This document shows, piece by piece, positions 11,191 to 21,857 of a DNA stretch of 64,000 nucleotides. Below the pieces are notes generated by a model, which was given only the letters and a program-made list of their open reading frames with translations, ran no database searches and had not been told where the DNA came from. The stretch is from Bdellovibrionales bacterium (lineage in GTDB: Bacteria; Bdellovibrionota; Bdellovibrionia; Bdellovibrionales; Bdellovibrionaceae), in NCBI GenBank assembly GCA_043753645.1, contig JAYUWH010000115.1, positions 141 to 64,140 of the forward strand, written 5' to 3'. Position numbers and translations under genes: made by a program. Numbering within the stretch: the stretch's first letter is position 1; each line of letters opens with the position of its first letter.

Positions 11191-11974
11191 TGCTGATTTT
11201 ACTTTAATAACCGGCGCGTCTTCTGGAATAGGCTATGAACTAGCAAAAGTTTTTGCACGCGAGCAGCACAATCTAATTTTGTCTGCGCGCTCGACCGACA
11301 AGTTGGAACAATTAAAAAAACAATTGCAAGCTCAGTATAAAGTACAGATCGAAATTATAACTTTAGATTTAAGCGAAGCTGGCTCAGCCCAAAAATTATT
11401 TGAAAAAGTAGATACTTTGGGATTAGCCGTAGATATTTTAGTAAATAATGCAGGTGTGGGAACACACGGTAACTTCGCTGACATCGATTTGCAGAAAACT
11501 AAAAGCATGATTCATTTAAATATTGTTTCTTTAACAGAGCTAACAAAATTATTTTTGCCTGCGATGCTTGCTAAAAAGTCTGGTCGCATTTTAAATGTGG
11601 CTAGTGTCGCTGGTTTCCAGCCCGGACCATTGATGTCGGTCTATTATGCTACCAAAGCCTATGTTTTATTTTTTAGTGAAGGACTTTTTGAAGAAGTCAA
11701 AAACCTGGGCGTAACTGTTACAGCTTTGTGCCCAGGCCCAACGGCTTCAGGCTTTCAGGCCAATGCCAATATGGAAAATATGGCAATTTTTGATAATCTT
11801 AAAGTGCCGACTTCAGCAACGGTGGCTGAATATGGTTACCGCGCAATGATAGCTGGCAAGGCCGTTGCGGTTGAAGGATTTGCGAATAAATTATTTCCAT
11901 TTATCGTACGCTTATTTCCGCGCTTTATGGTTCGTCAAGTCGTTATGAAAGTTCAACAGAAGCGCCTGGCTTAA
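11180..11974 (+). CDS. Short-chain dehydrogenase/reductase (DltE-like)
   Basis: [20 protein letters not shown]. Confidence 0.92.
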   Translation: MKSNADFTLITGASSGIGYELAKVFAREQHNLILSARSTDKLEQLKKQLQAQYKVQIEIITLDLSEAGSAQKLFEKVDTLGLAVDILVNNAGVGTHGNFADIDLQKTKSMIHLNIVSLTELTKLFLPAMLAKKSGRILNVASVAGFQPGPLMSVYYATKAYVLFFSEGLFEEVKNLGVTVTALCPGPTASGFQANANMENMAIFDNLKVPTSATVAEYGYRAMIAGKAVAVEGFANKLFPFIVRLFPRFMVRQVVMKVQQKRLA

Positions 11975-11993
11975 TTTTTTTATGGAGTAAATT

Positions 11994-13397
11994 ATGGAAT
12001 CTTTTGATCTGGTTGTGATTGGTTCTGGTCCCGGCGGCTATGTTGGAGCAATTCGCGCGGCTCAACTTGGTTTAAAAACCGCTGTTATTGAAAAAGACAA
12101 AACTTTAGGTGGTACATGCCTTAACGTTGGCTGCATTCCTTCGAAAGCATTATTACAAAGCTCGGAATACTTTTACGAAGCGAATAATGATTTTGCGGGC
12201 CATGGAATTCAATTGGAATCCGTTAAATTAGATTTGCCGACAATGATGGGCCGTAAAGATAAAATAGTGAAAGATTTAACCGGCGGAATCGAATTTTTAT
12301 TTAAGAAAAATAAAATTACCGCCTTAAAAGGCTTTGGAAAAATCCTTTCGGCAAATACCGTCGAAATAACGGCTGCCGACGGCAGCAAGACACAAATCGA
12401 AGCTAAAAATATTATGATTGCAACGGGATCAGTTCCGGTCGAGCTGCCGTTTTTAAAGTTTGATGAAAAAAAAATCTTATCCTCAACAGGTGCCTTAGCT
12501 TTGGATTTTGTGCCTAAAGAAATGTTGGTTGTCGGAGGCGGAGTCATTGGCCTTGAAATGACTTCTGTCTGGGCCCGTTTAGGTTCGAAAGTTACTGTGA
12601 TCGAATATGCTGATAAAGTTTGTTCGATGATTGATCAAGACTGCATCAACGTGCTTGTGCGTTCTATGAAAAAACAAAAAGTTACTTTTATGACTTCGAC
12701 GAAAGTTACGACGTCTCGCTCGGTCGGTGGCCGCGTTGAACTTGATTATGAAAATTTAACGGATGGTAAAAAATCTTCGATTCAGGGTGATGTCGTATTA
12801 GTTTCAACAGGGCGTAAACCTTTCACTGCTGGCTTAGGTTTAGAAAATGTCAGCATTGAAAAAGACGACAAAGGCCGCATAAAAATAAATTCTCATTACC
12901 AAACAACGATTCCAACTATTTTTGCAGTTGGTGATGTAACAGTTGGCCCGATGCTAGCGCACAAAGCAGAAGAAGAGGGCGTGGCCGTTGCAGAACTTAT
13001 TGTAACTGGTCATGGTCACGTTAATTACGCCACTGTTCCTTCAGTTATCTATACTCATCCCGAAGTGTCTAGCGTTGGCCTGACCGAACTGCAAGCGAAG
13101 GAACAAGGCATCGAACCCGCAGTTGGAAAATTTCCATTTTCAGCCAACGGCCGTGCTAAAGCCCGGGGCGCTACAGAAGGCTTTGTGAAAATTGTTACGG
13201 ACAAACGAACAGACCGAATTATTGGCGGTCACATCGTTGGCGCCAACTCCTCTGAGCTTTTAGCAGAAATAATTATTGCAATGGAATTTGGCGGCTCAAG
13301 TGAAGACTTAGCAAGAAGTTTTCATTCTCATCCCACGATGAGTGAGGCTATCCGGGAAGCGGCCTTAAATGTTGATGGCCGTGCTCGGCAAGGGTAA
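11994..13397 (+). CDS. lpdA: Dihydrolipoyl dehydrogenase E3
   Basis: GSGPGGY, GGTCLNVGCIPSK, HSHPTMSE. Confidence 0.97.
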   Translation: MESFDLVVIGSGPGGYVGAIRAAQLGLKTAVIEKDKTLGGTCLNVGCIPSKALLQSSEYFYEANNDFAGHGIQLESVKLDLPTMMGRKDKIVKDLTGGIEFLFKKNKITALKGFGKILSANTVEITAADGSKTQIEAKNIMIATGSVPVELPFLKFDEKKILSSTGALALDFVPKEMLVVGGGVIGLEMTSVWARLGSKVTVIEYADKVCSMIDQDCINVLVRSMKKQKVTFMTSTKVTTSRSVGGRVELDYENLTDGKKSSIQGDVVLVSTGRKPFTAGLGLENVSIEKDDKGRIKINSHYQTTIPTIFAVGDVTVGPMLAHKAEEEGVAVAELIVTGHGHVNYATVPSVIYTHPEVSSVGLTELQAKEQGIEPAVGKFPFSANGRAKARGATEGFVKIVTDKRTDRIIGGHIVGANSSELLAEIIIAMEFGGSSEDLARSFHSHPTMSEAIREAALNVDGRARQG

Positions 13398-13402
13398 GCA
13401 AT

Positions 13403-15106
13403 TTATTTAAATTTTAAAAACGTTTCAGTGGAACAATAATTCGGATCGACTCCGGCGGATTGAAAAGTTTCACGAATCATTTTATTTTTTGCAGCAAGCA
13501 CACCTAAATAATTGGGCACTCCATAGATTTTGTATTTTGTAGACTTGCCGCCGTCATAAGAATTTAGTTTATAAGCCAAATACTCCGGGTAAGATTTTGT
13601 AAAAGCTTGAGCCCAAGCTTGTGGTAATGCTTTTCTACGCTTCACTTTTTCTAGTTTTACTTTGGACAAATCCGTAGGCTTAATAAAAGAGGAGTTAATC
13701 ATTGCACGTGCTTCAAGAACTCCGACATTTGTAGCGATCGGATCAAAGTGTTGAAATGTTAAATTATACTTAATGGACTTGGTCTTTGCGTTTGCAGCGA
13801 TTCGTTCATCTAAATAATTTCGTAAACTTTTGAGTGCTGTACCGATACCTGAATTGTATCCGACCATAACCATCATGGATTTAAAATGATGAAGATTTAC
13901 TTTCTTAAGACCTAACTGCGCTAACTTTTTACGAATATCGTATTCATTTAAGTTACCGCCCAACTCTTCTTGGGCGGTACCGGTTGGCACGAATTGCTGA
14001 TCCCCATTGCTGATAAAGTCATTTCCTGCGACATAGTTTATTCCGGCTGTAACTTTTTCGTTATATTTTGATAATATTCCCATATAAACTATATTGCGCA
14101 GCGGATTTTCAACGGGCCACATTAGCGCGCATCGATCACTAGAATCGGCACTAACCGGAGTTAGAAACGCTTTAAATTTCATAAGGCGCGCGCAAGCTCC
14201 ATCCGGTTTTGCAGCAGCAGCTTTTAACATTTGCTCGATATATTTTGGATATACGGAATTCACCTGTAAGATAGCTGACATGGTTAGCTGACCTACACCT
14301 GCGTCCATGGAACTTCCCAAGGCATTCATGAAGAAACCAGACTCATTGTAAATTTTTGGAAATAATTCTTTGGGATCTAAATTCAGACAAGCTGTCACAT
14401 CCGCGTAGGCGTTATAAGTTACATTGACAATATTTTTTGAAATGCACGGTACAGAATGTTTTATGCGGTTATTTTTTTTATCAAGCTCAGGAGATCCTTT
14501 TGAGCCTTTACGACAAAGACCAAATGTATTTCCTTTTGATTTTTTAAAATTTTCAGCAACTTTTTTTGAGGTGATTTCCGGATAACTATTTAAGGCAAAA
14601 GTTAAACATTTTCTTGGAATAAAGGCAGACTCTTTGCTGCGCTCTTTTGTCCACTCTGCAATTTTTGCATTTGTACTTAGTACATTCTCAAGATAATTTC
14701 GTTCATCGCCACAAATTTTAGGATCTTCGTAACTGACTAGATAATTTAAATCGTCATCAGAAATGGTAGAATAGCGAAATTTTTTGGGCTTGGCTTCATT
14801 CAGATTTTTTAAAGCTTCAGCATTTGCATCATTGTCGTTTGCTTTTTCATTGTCTCCTGCTGTCATCACAAATGGCTGATCGATGTCAAAAGGATGTGTT
14901 TGATTGTAATCGTCTAGTTTTTTTATTTTTAATTCAAATTCAAAGTCTGAGATCGAATCAGAATCCACTTCAGATGAAAGTTGATATGTACTGGTAATAG
15001 AATCAGGCTGAACCCGAAAACTAAAAGACCAGGCCCAAATACCAAGGGTCATGCACAGTGCAAAACAAATTGGATGAGATAGCCAAAACGATAGTTTTCT
15101 TTTCAC
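13403..15106 (-). CDS. Membrane-anchored lysozyme-like/lytic transglycosylase-like protein
   Basis: IYNESGF ... GVGQLT ... VGYNSG, in the order of SLT motifs I-III; N-terminal TM; probable GTG start at 15106 after SD AAGGAG. Confidence 0.6.
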   Translation of the reverse strand: MKRKLSFWLSHPICFALCMTLGIWAWSFSFRVQPDSITSTYQLSSEVDSDSISDFEFELKIKKLDDYNQTHPFDIDQPFVMTAGDNEKANDNDANAEALKNLNEAKPKKFRYSTISDDDLNYLVSYEDPKICGDERNYLENVLSTNAKIAEWTKERSKESAFIPRKCLTFALNSYPEITSKKVAENFKKSKGNTFGLCRKGSKGSPELDKKNNRIKHSVPCISKNIVNVTYNAYADVTACLNLDPKELFPKIYNESGFFMNALGSSMDAGVGQLTMSAILQVNSVYPKYIEQMLKAAAAKPDGACARLMKFKAFLTPVSADSSDRCALMWPVENPLRNIVYMGILSKYNEKVTAGINYVAGNDFISNGDQQFVPTGTAQEELGGNLNEYDIRKKLAQLGLKKVNLHHFKSMMVMVGYNSGIGTALKSLRNYLDERIAANAKTKSIKYNLTFQHFDPIATNVGVLEARAMINSSFIKPTDLSKVKLEKVKRRKALPQAWAQAFTKSYPEYLAYKLNSYDGGKSTKYKIYGVPNYLGVLAAKNKMIRETFQSAGVDPNYCSTETFLKFK

Positions 15107-15131
15107 GAAGAACTCCTTGGATAACAAGTTC

Positions 15132-15158
15132 TTATCGGCAAAATTAAAAGAAATCTGA
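15132..15158 (-). promoter_or_regulatory. Sigma28 (FliA)-type promoter
   Basis: TCAG-N15-GCCGATAA upstream of the lytic-transglycosylase-like gene. Confidence 0.7.
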
Positions 15159-15218
15159 CTCGACCTAAATCACAAACCAAAAGAAATATATTTCATCAAA
15201 ACCATTTTTTTTAGGCCC

Positions 15219-16865
15219 TCACAGCCAGCAGCTTTTGACTCCACGACTTACGGCTGTTTCGTGGGCCAATTCATAGCCTGCATCCAGATGTCTAAAAACG
15301 CCCATCGCAGGATCAGTCGTTAGCGCGCGTTCAATTCGCTTAGCTGCAGCATCAGTTCCGTCCGCGACAATCACTTGCCCGCTGTGCTGAGAATATCCCA
15401 TGCCGACACCGCCGCCATGATGAAGGGCGACCCACGTCGAGCCACTTGCTACCAAAGCCATCGCACTTAACATCGGCCAATCGCTAACAGCATCAGAGCC
15501 ATCTTTCATAGCTTCTGTTTCACGGTTTGGACTTGCAACCGAGCCACAATCTAAATGATCACGACCAATAACAATTGGAGCTTTTACTTTTCCTTCTTTA
15601 ACTAATTTATTAAACATTAAGCCAGCTTGTGCGCGTTCGCCGTACTCAAGCCAACAAATTCGTGCTGGTAATCCTTGAAATTGAATTCTTTTTTCAGCCA
15701 TTTCAAGCCATCTCAGCATATCTTTTTTATGCGGAAATAATTCTTTCATAGCCTGATCGGTGACTTTGATATCATTTGGATCACCAGAAAGCGCTACCCA
15801 CCGAAAAGGGCCGCTACCTTTGCAAAAAAGTGGTCGAATATACGCCGGCACAAAACCTGGATAATCAAACGCATTTTTGACTCCAGCCTCTTCAGCGCGT
15901 GCGCGCAAATTATTTCCGTAATCAAAAACGATGGCGCCGCGATTTTTCATTTCTAACATTCCACGCACATGGTGAGCCATGGAATCATAAGCCGCCTTTA
16001 AATACGCTTTTTGATTTTCAGTTCGAAACACTGCCGCTGATTCAACAGTATAATTTTCGGGAATATAGCCAACTAACGGATCATGCGCCGATGTCTGATC
16101 TGTTAATAAATCCGGAATGAAATTTTTCTCTAGCAACTGATGGATGATGGTTGCAGCATTTCCTTGAAGCGCTACAGATTTGGCTTCTTTATTTTTTGCG
16201 TACTTGCGAACAAGTGCTATGGCTTCATCGACATTTGTGACAGCTTCATCCACATATTTTGTACGAAGACGCTTTTCAATACTTGCCGGATCAACTTCAA
16301 TTGCAAGCACTGTGGCACCCGCGAATACTCCGGCCAGCGGTTGAGCTCCGCCCATTCCGCCAAGACCTGCAGTTAAAATAATTCGCCCGCTAAGATCCCC
16401 GCCAAAATGTTGCCGACCCGCTTCGACGAAAGTTTCATACGTACCTTGCACGATGCCTTGAGTACCAATGTAAATCCATGAACCAGCGGTCATTTGGCCG
16501 TACATCATCAACCCTTTTTTATCGAGTTCATGAAAATGTTCCCACGTCGCCCATTTCGGAACTAGGTTTGAATTCGCAATTAAAACTCGTGGTGCATCTT
16601 CATGAGTTTTTAGAATACCGATGGGCTTTCCGGATTGAACTAACAGTGTTTCATCATTTTCTAATTCTTTTAACGCTGCTAGGATTTTATCGAAACACTC
16701 CCAATTGCGTGCGGCTTTTCCGATACCGCCGTAAACCACCAATTCATTTGGATTTTCAGCGACGGATGGATCCAAATTGTTTTGAATCATGCGATAAGCA
16801 GCTTCTTGCAACCAACCTTTGCAACTTAATTTTGTACCTGTTGGGGCTTTAATAACTCGAGACAT
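15219..16865 (-). CDS. hutU: Urocanate hydratase
   Basis: [44 protein letters not shown]; SD GGAG before ATG 16865. Confidence 0.97.
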   Translation of the reverse strand: MSRVIKAPTGTKLSCKGWLQEAAYRMIQNNLDPSVAENPNELVVYGGIGKAARNWECFDKILAALKELENDETLLVQSGKPIGILKTHEDAPRVLIANSNLVPKWATWEHFHELDKKGLMMYGQMTAGSWIYIGTQGIVQGTYETFVEAGRQHFGGDLSGRIILTAGLGGMGGAQPLAGVFAGATVLAIEVDPASIEKRLRTKYVDEAVTNVDEAIALVRKYAKNKEAKSVALQGNAATIIHQLLEKNFIPDLLTDQTSAHDPLVGYIPENYTVESAAVFRTENQKAYLKAAYDSMAHHVRGMLEMKNRGAIVFDYGNNLRARAEEAGVKNAFDYPGFVPAYIRPLFCKGSGPFRWVALSGDPNDIKVTDQAMKELFPHKKDMLRWLEMAEKRIQFQGLPARICWLEYGERAQAGLMFNKLVKEGKVKAPIVIGRDHLDCGSVASPNRETEAMKDGSDAVSDWPMLSAMALVASGSTWVALHHGGGVGMGYSQHSGQVIVADGTDAAAKRIERALTTDPAMGVFRHLDAGYELAHETAVSRGVKSCWL

Positions 16866-16878
16866 TTTAACTCCAAAC

Positions 16879-17997
16879 TTAATCGTTGAAAACACCTACA
16901 AAAAGATTTTCGTTCGATTTGCGAATCATAAAAAGAAATGGATGATTCGCAATAAAATTTTTCGGAGGGTTCATTTGCTTGAGTGCACCAAAACCCATTA
17001 TAGCTGCTGTTGCAGCTGTGGCTTCAGTTCCCTTTTCATCCACAATAATGACAGCCTTTTGCAATATATTTGAAACATGCAACTTTTCTTTTAAGGCCTC
17101 ATTTGAAATTCCAGAAAAATCGGCATTGAAAGAAAATGTATCTTCAATATTAAGTTGCTTTTTAAAAGCAGAAAAATCGGTTTGAAATTCGATCTTGAAT
17201 TTCGGAATTTCAACATCCACTTCATGGTAATTAAACGACTTATCGGTCAAAGCCAAAGATTTAGAAACTAAAGACTTTAGTTCACGTTTTTTCGGCAAGG
17301 CAATGATTATTTCTGCGCCGCCCTTGTATGGAATACTAACCGCCTGCATATCGGCATCTTCAAAATACTTCAGCCCGTGAAAATTTTGGCGCATATATGG
17401 AATTTTAGTGGCCGAGGAATTAATTCTAGTAAATTTATTTTTTTTAGTTAGATCAGGGTCAAAGGGTTTTTCCCACTGAGATAAAAAATAAATTGCATTA
17501 ACCAAAACTAAACGCGTGTTTGATTTCAAAATACCAGCAGGAATCAATTCTTTGATTTTGTCGTTGGTCTGCTTTTCGACCCATGTGTTTATTTTAGTCT
17601 TTTCGTCATCGGCCTTATGCTTAAAGTCAGCAGATTCAACTTCGGCTTTAAATTGAGTTGCGATAGAATTTTTATATAAATCGAGCACTGGGAAAGATTT
17701 TTCAATCCAAATCTTCAAGATGGATTTTAAAATAAAATCTTCACCTTTTGAATTACTTTTGGCAGAGCTTTCTTTTTTATCGGCGCTATCAGCAGATTTA
17801 AGTAAAGTCTGCAACTGACTCTTGGTCTGACCTTTGGCCCCAACCGCTAGTAAGTTGAGAACCGATTTAAGGCTTGATGGTGAAATAACGAAGCTCGTAG
17901 AATTCCCAGCCAGCACCTCAGTCAAAGTTGTATCCACAGTTTCACTGGCGTGAAGGCTATTTCCGAAAACAAAAAAACATAAAATAATCTTTAACAT
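16879..17997 (-). CDS. Secreted serpin (serine protease inhibitor)
   Basis: [25 protein letters not shown], hinge [24 protein letters not shown]; signal peptide. Confidence 0.93.
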   Translation of the reverse strand: MLKIILCFFVFGNSLHASETVDTTLTEVLAGNSTSFVISPSSLKSVLNLLAVGAKGQTKSQLQTLLKSADSADKKESSAKSNSKGEDFILKSILKIWIEKSFPVLDLYKNSIATQFKAEVESADFKHKADDEKTKINTWVEKQTNDKIKELIPAGILKSNTRLVLVNAIYFLSQWEKPFDPDLTKKNKFTRINSSATKIPYMRQNFHGLKYFEDADMQAVSIPYKGGAEIIIALPKKRELKSLVSKSLALTDKSFNYHEVDVEIPKFKIEFQTDFSAFKKQLNIEDTFSFNADFSGISNEALKEKLHVSNILQKAVIIVDEKGTEATAATAAIMGFGALKQMNPPKNFIANHPFLFMIRKSNENLFVGVFND

Positions 17998-19544
17998 TCG
18001 AGCTCTCCAATATGTTTTGTGACTTCAGTTATTAGTTTTCGATTGGTGATCAACGAATTAATCACCGCAACATCTTTCCCAAATATCCGGTCTTCTTTAG
18101 CAAATGGAACAACACTTCGGATTAAATCAAAAGCTATTTTAACGCCAGCTGCAGGCTTCAGCGGAGCAATCAAATCCAGGGCTTGGCACGCCGAAAGAAA
18201 TTCCATCGCAATCACATTTTGCGTATTGTCGACGATGTTTTGAAATTTTCTTGCGGCAATGGATCCCATAGAAACGTGATCTTCTTTTTCGGCCGACGTG
18301 GGAATTGAATCCACACTTGCAGGATGGGCAAGGACCTTGTTTTCACTGACTAAACTGGCCGCCGCAACTTGTACGATCATATGGCCTGAATTAAGCCCGC
18401 CGTTAGGTGTTAAAAATGGTGGCAGTTCGCTCATTTGCGTTGAAATTAATTTTGAAATTCTTTCTTGCGAAATGCTGGCTAACGACGCGATTGCAATCGC
18501 TGCAAAATCCATCGCATGTGCGACTGGCATCCCATGAAAATTACCGCAGGACAAAACTTTATTGTCGCTAGCAAAGACCAACGGGTTATCCGTGCTGGCA
18601 TTGGCTTCGGTCTCAAGAATTTTTTGCACATAGTTTAAAGTCATCTTCACTGATCCATGAACGGCAGGCATACAACGAAGCGAATAGGCATCTTGCACGC
18701 GGTGATCGTTCGACGAGTGGCTATTGCCAATGTCAGAAGTGGCTCCCATCAATTTAATTAAGTTCCTTGCTGTGGGCGCTTCTCCAGCATGCGGTCTTGC
18801 GGCAGAAATCAATGGATCAAACGGAGTTCGTGCGCCCCGAAGTCCTTCTAAGGACATAGCTCCGGATAAATCGGCCAACCACATAAGATCACGCGCCTGA
18901 TGCAGAGCTAGAAGACCAACAGCCGTCATCACTTGGCAGCCATTGATTAATGACAAGCCTTCTTTCGCCTTTAATTCCAAAGATTTCATTTTTTTTGCCG
19001 CAAGGGCTTCTTTAGCGGAAATTATTTTTTCGCTTTCGTCCCAGATTTCTCCTTCGCCAATTAAGGCAAGGGCCAAATGCGATAGCGGCGCCAAATCCCC
19101 TGAAGCGCCCACGCTACCTTGTTCGGGGATAACCGGAATTAAATCGGCATTTAAAAATTCAAGGATTTTCTGTACCACTTCAACGCGAACACCACTATGG
19201 CCTCGGGCTAAAGTGTTCGCTCGTAAGATCATCATGCCTTTAGATTGTTTTTTCGAAAAAGGTTTACCAATGCCAACACTGTGCGAGCGAATTAAATTTC
19301 TTTGCAATTGCTCAATTTGAGAATCAGATATTCGTACAGAAGAAAAAGCACCGAAACCAGTGTTGACTCCGTACATAACTTCACCCGTGGCGATGCGCGA
19401 ATCAATATAGTCCCGTGACTTTTTCATAAGTTGCTTCGCCGAATCAGCAAGCTGAAAAGTAACTGCCGCATCATTTACGGCTTGAAAAAAATTATTTAAA
19501 GATATGGATTCACCATCAAGTATAAGAACGAAATTTGATTTCAT
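17991..19544 (-). CDS. hutH: Histidine ammonia-lyase
   Basis: YGVNTGFG, GSVGASGDLAPL (MIO motif), QDAYSLRC, EDHVSM. Confidence 0.97.
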   Translation of the reverse strand: MKSNFVLILDGESISLNNFFQAVNDAAVTFQLADSAKQLMKKSRDYIDSRIATGEVMYGVNTGFGAFSSVRISDSQIEQLQRNLIRSHSVGIGKPFSKKQSKGMMILRANTLARGHSGVRVEVVQKILEFLNADLIPVIPEQGSVGASGDLAPLSHLALALIGEGEIWDESEKIISAKEALAAKKMKSLELKAKEGLSLINGCQVMTAVGLLALHQARDLMWLADLSGAMSLEGLRGARTPFDPLISAARPHAGEAPTARNLIKLMGATSDIGNSHSSNDHRVQDAYSLRCMPAVHGSVKMTLNYVQKILETEANASTDNPLVFASDNKVLSCGNFHGMPVAHAMDFAAIAIASLASISQERISKLISTQMSELPPFLTPNGGLNSGHMIVQVAAASLVSENKVLAHPASVDSIPTSAEKEDHVSMGSIAARKFQNIVDNTQNVIAMEFLSACQALDLIAPLKPAAGVKIAFDLIRSVVPFAKEDRIFGKDVAVINSLITNRKLITEVTKHIGELEC

Positions 19545-19648
19545 AGGCCCACCCTACTAAAAGCCAATCAGCCCGTCGAGTAGAACAGCTTACGCACAGT
19601 AGAAACCCAGCAATTATGGCAAAGAAATGCGTTATTTTTAACCTGTTT

Positions 19649-20467
19649 TTACTGCAAATTTGATGAAATGGCTCTGATAAGCCAAGCAGAGTCCTGAAAC
19701 GAAATATCATGCCCGGCTGTGGGATGAATTTCGATTTTACAATTCCATTTTTGCTGGATGGCGCGACTGCAGTCAGCATTAACGAAGGCGTCTTTTTCTC
19801 CAACAATTAAAGTTGCCGATGTATTGATTTTGCTTGGTATGCTGTACCTAGCGCCCGCTATGGCCTGTCGTAATACATTATTAAGCGCTATTGGAAATTT
19901 TTCTGAGACAAACACATTGTTTTGCAGCTCCTCTGAATATTTTTTCAAAATTTCATCCCGAGTTAAGGAACTTGTTACCAGCAAAGAATTTATTTCATGC
20001 TCTACTCTATTCTTTATCCAAAAACTTCTTATTGCCAAAGCTAAAACCTTCAGTGATAAACGCTGCCACGGATATGATAAATTACTTCCGCTGGAATTAA
20101 TTAAGAAAATCTGTTGGTATCGACCAGCAACCTGCTGACTCCATTCAGTTAAAACCATACCACCAAGCGAAAGTCCAACACCGATCGTAGGACCATCAAT
20201 TTCAAAGTAATTTGAATCGCGAAGTTGCTGTTCAAGTGGCGCGATGTAATTAGCTATTTCTATTGGTGAAGAATAAGAATTGAACTTTCCATTACCTTGT
20301 AAATCTAAAAAATAAAAATGCTCTAGCGGAAAAGCCTTTTCGATTTGAGTGCGAAACGAACCCCAGTGGCCAGCGCTTCGCCCAAGTCCCCGAAGTAGGA
20401 TCCACTTACGTGGTAAACTCACAAATTGCCCTTTCGTAAAAATATTAGTATAAGAATTTTTCGGCAA
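19649..20467 (-). CDS. Alpha/beta hydrolase
   Basis: WILLRGLGR, GLSLGG nucleophile elbow, D..V, AGHD. Confidence 0.85.
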   Translation of the reverse strand: MPKNSYTNIFTKGQFVSLPRKWILLRGLGRSAGHWGSFRTQIEKAFPLEHFYFLDLQGNGKFNSYSSPIEIANYIAPLEQQLRDSNYFEIDGPTIGVGLSLGGMVLTEWSQQVAGRYQQIFLINSSGSNLSYPWQRLSLKVLALAIRSFWIKNRVEHEINSLLVTSSLTRDEILKKYSEELQNNVFVSEKFPIALNNVLRQAIAGARYSIPSKINTSATLIVGEKDAFVNADCSRAIQQKWNCKIEIHPTAGHDISFQDSAWLIRAISSNLQ

Positions 20468-20520
20468 GGGTCTATAGATTTATCGCATTTTCTTAGGTAA
20501 GATATTTTCACAGGAGAAAC

Positions 20521-21201
20521 ATGAAACAGTACGTGTTTGTTTTATTCATTCTATCACATAGTTATGCTTGGGCACAAAAAGGAAATCCAAGCGGAAATAT
20601 CGGTGGCATGCCCGCATTCCACGCCGGCGGAGAGCTTCGCTTTGGGGTGGGATTATCTGCAGGCCTTTTAATGACTGAGAAATATAGTAGCGTTTCTATT
20701 CCAAGCCTTTCAAACTCAGCGTCGGTAGAATTTTCTCATGAAAATGGCTTTGGCTTAGAACTTGATTTACGTCAGTTGCCCCAAAAGTCATGGGGATTTA
20801 TATCTGATTTAAGCATTGAATCCGAGCGCAAGGTAACCACTGGCTCTGTAAGCCCGGCTAATAATTTAGTTTTTATAACTGGTGACACACCAAAAGTTCA
20901 AATGACAACGCTAGCTGTATCGGCCGGCTATCGCTGGATCAGATTCTATATTCCGTTTGGTGTGAACTATGCAGTTTACAATTACAAGCCGCGCTCGACT
21001 TTTTCTGGATCAGTTAAAGCAACTGGCGGAGTTGGCGCTCAAACAGGATTTGGATATTATATATTAGAAAGCGTCATCGCCGAAATACGTGGGCAGATGA
21101 GTCCTATCAGCCATTCATTAATTAGCAACTCAGGTGTTGTTGAAGATTATGGAACTGGAACTATTACCAGCATTTATTTTAGCGTGAAATACTTATTTTA
21201 A
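20521..21201 (+). CDS. Outer-membrane beta-barrel protein (OmpW/OmpA-like 8-strand)
   Basis: SD AGGAG, signal peptide AWA, amphipathic strands, C-terminal FSVKYLF. Confidence 0.75.
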   Translation: MKQYVFVLFILSHSYAWAQKGNPSGNIGGMPAFHAGGELRFGVGLSAGLLMTEKYSSVSIPSLSNSASVEFSHENGFGLELDLRQLPQKSWGFISDLSIESERKVTTGSVSPANNLVFITGDTPKVQMTTLAVSAGYRWIRFYIPFGVNYAVYNYKPRSTFSGSVKATGGVGAQTGFGYYILESVIAEIRGQMSPISHSLISNSGVVEDYGTGTITSIYFSVKYLF

Positions 21202-21857
21202 CTTAAAGCTTTAATGTTTTCGCGGTAGTTCGTGACTGTTTTTTCACCTTTAAAAACTGCATTTCCTGCTACTAAAACATCAGCACCAGCATCAATGCAA
21301 AGGCCAGCGGTTTTGGCATTGATCCCGCCATCAACCTCGATCAGATATTGACCCAAGTTTTCCGATCGCCATTCTTTCAATTGTTCTATTTTTTCGATCT
21401 GATCCTGCATAAATGATTGTCCACCGAAACCGGGCTCCACAGTCATGACTAGGACCAAATCGATTAAGGACAGAAAAGGTTTTATTAGTTCTAATTCCGT
21501 CTTCGGCCGTAAAGTGATTCCAGCTTTGCAACCTAACAAGCGAATTTTCTTAAGAGTTTGTTCAATGCAGTCACAGGATTCCACATGAATCGTTAGGTAA
21601 TCAGCGCCCGCTACAATAAAATCTTCGACATACCGTTCTGGTTTTTCAATCATCAAATGCACATCCATAGGAATTTTGCATTTGGGTTTAATCGATTTAA
21701 GTACCGGCATTCCAAGTGTAAGGTTCGGCACAAAATTGCCATCCATCACATCGACATGAAGCCAATCTGCGCCAGCTTCTGTTATACGTTCAATTTCTAA
21801 ACCAAGCTCGGAAAAGTCAGCCGATAAAATGCTTGGAGCAATTTTTACTTTAGACAA
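21198..21857 (-). CDS. rpe: Ribulose-phosphate 3-epimerase
   Basis: IAPSILSADF, HVDVMDG, MTVEPGFGGQ, EVDGGI. Confidence 0.97.
   Translation of the reverse strand: MSKVKIAPSILSADFSELGLEIERITEAGADWLHVDVMDGNFVPNLTLGMPVLKSIKPKCKIPMDVHLMIEKPERYVEDFIVAGADYLTIHVESCDCIEQTLKKIRLLGCKAGITLRPKTELELIKPFLSLIDLVLVMTVEPGFGGQSFMQDQIEKIEQLKEWRSENLGQYLIEVDGGINAKTAGLCIDAGADVLVAGNAVFKGEKTVTNYRENIKALS

Noticed and set aside
19516-19806. 96-aa ORF with a lipobox-like CVSC segment
   Set aside because: Overlaps both the hydrolase and hutH in another frame, hydrophobic stretch is not N-terminal, no SD
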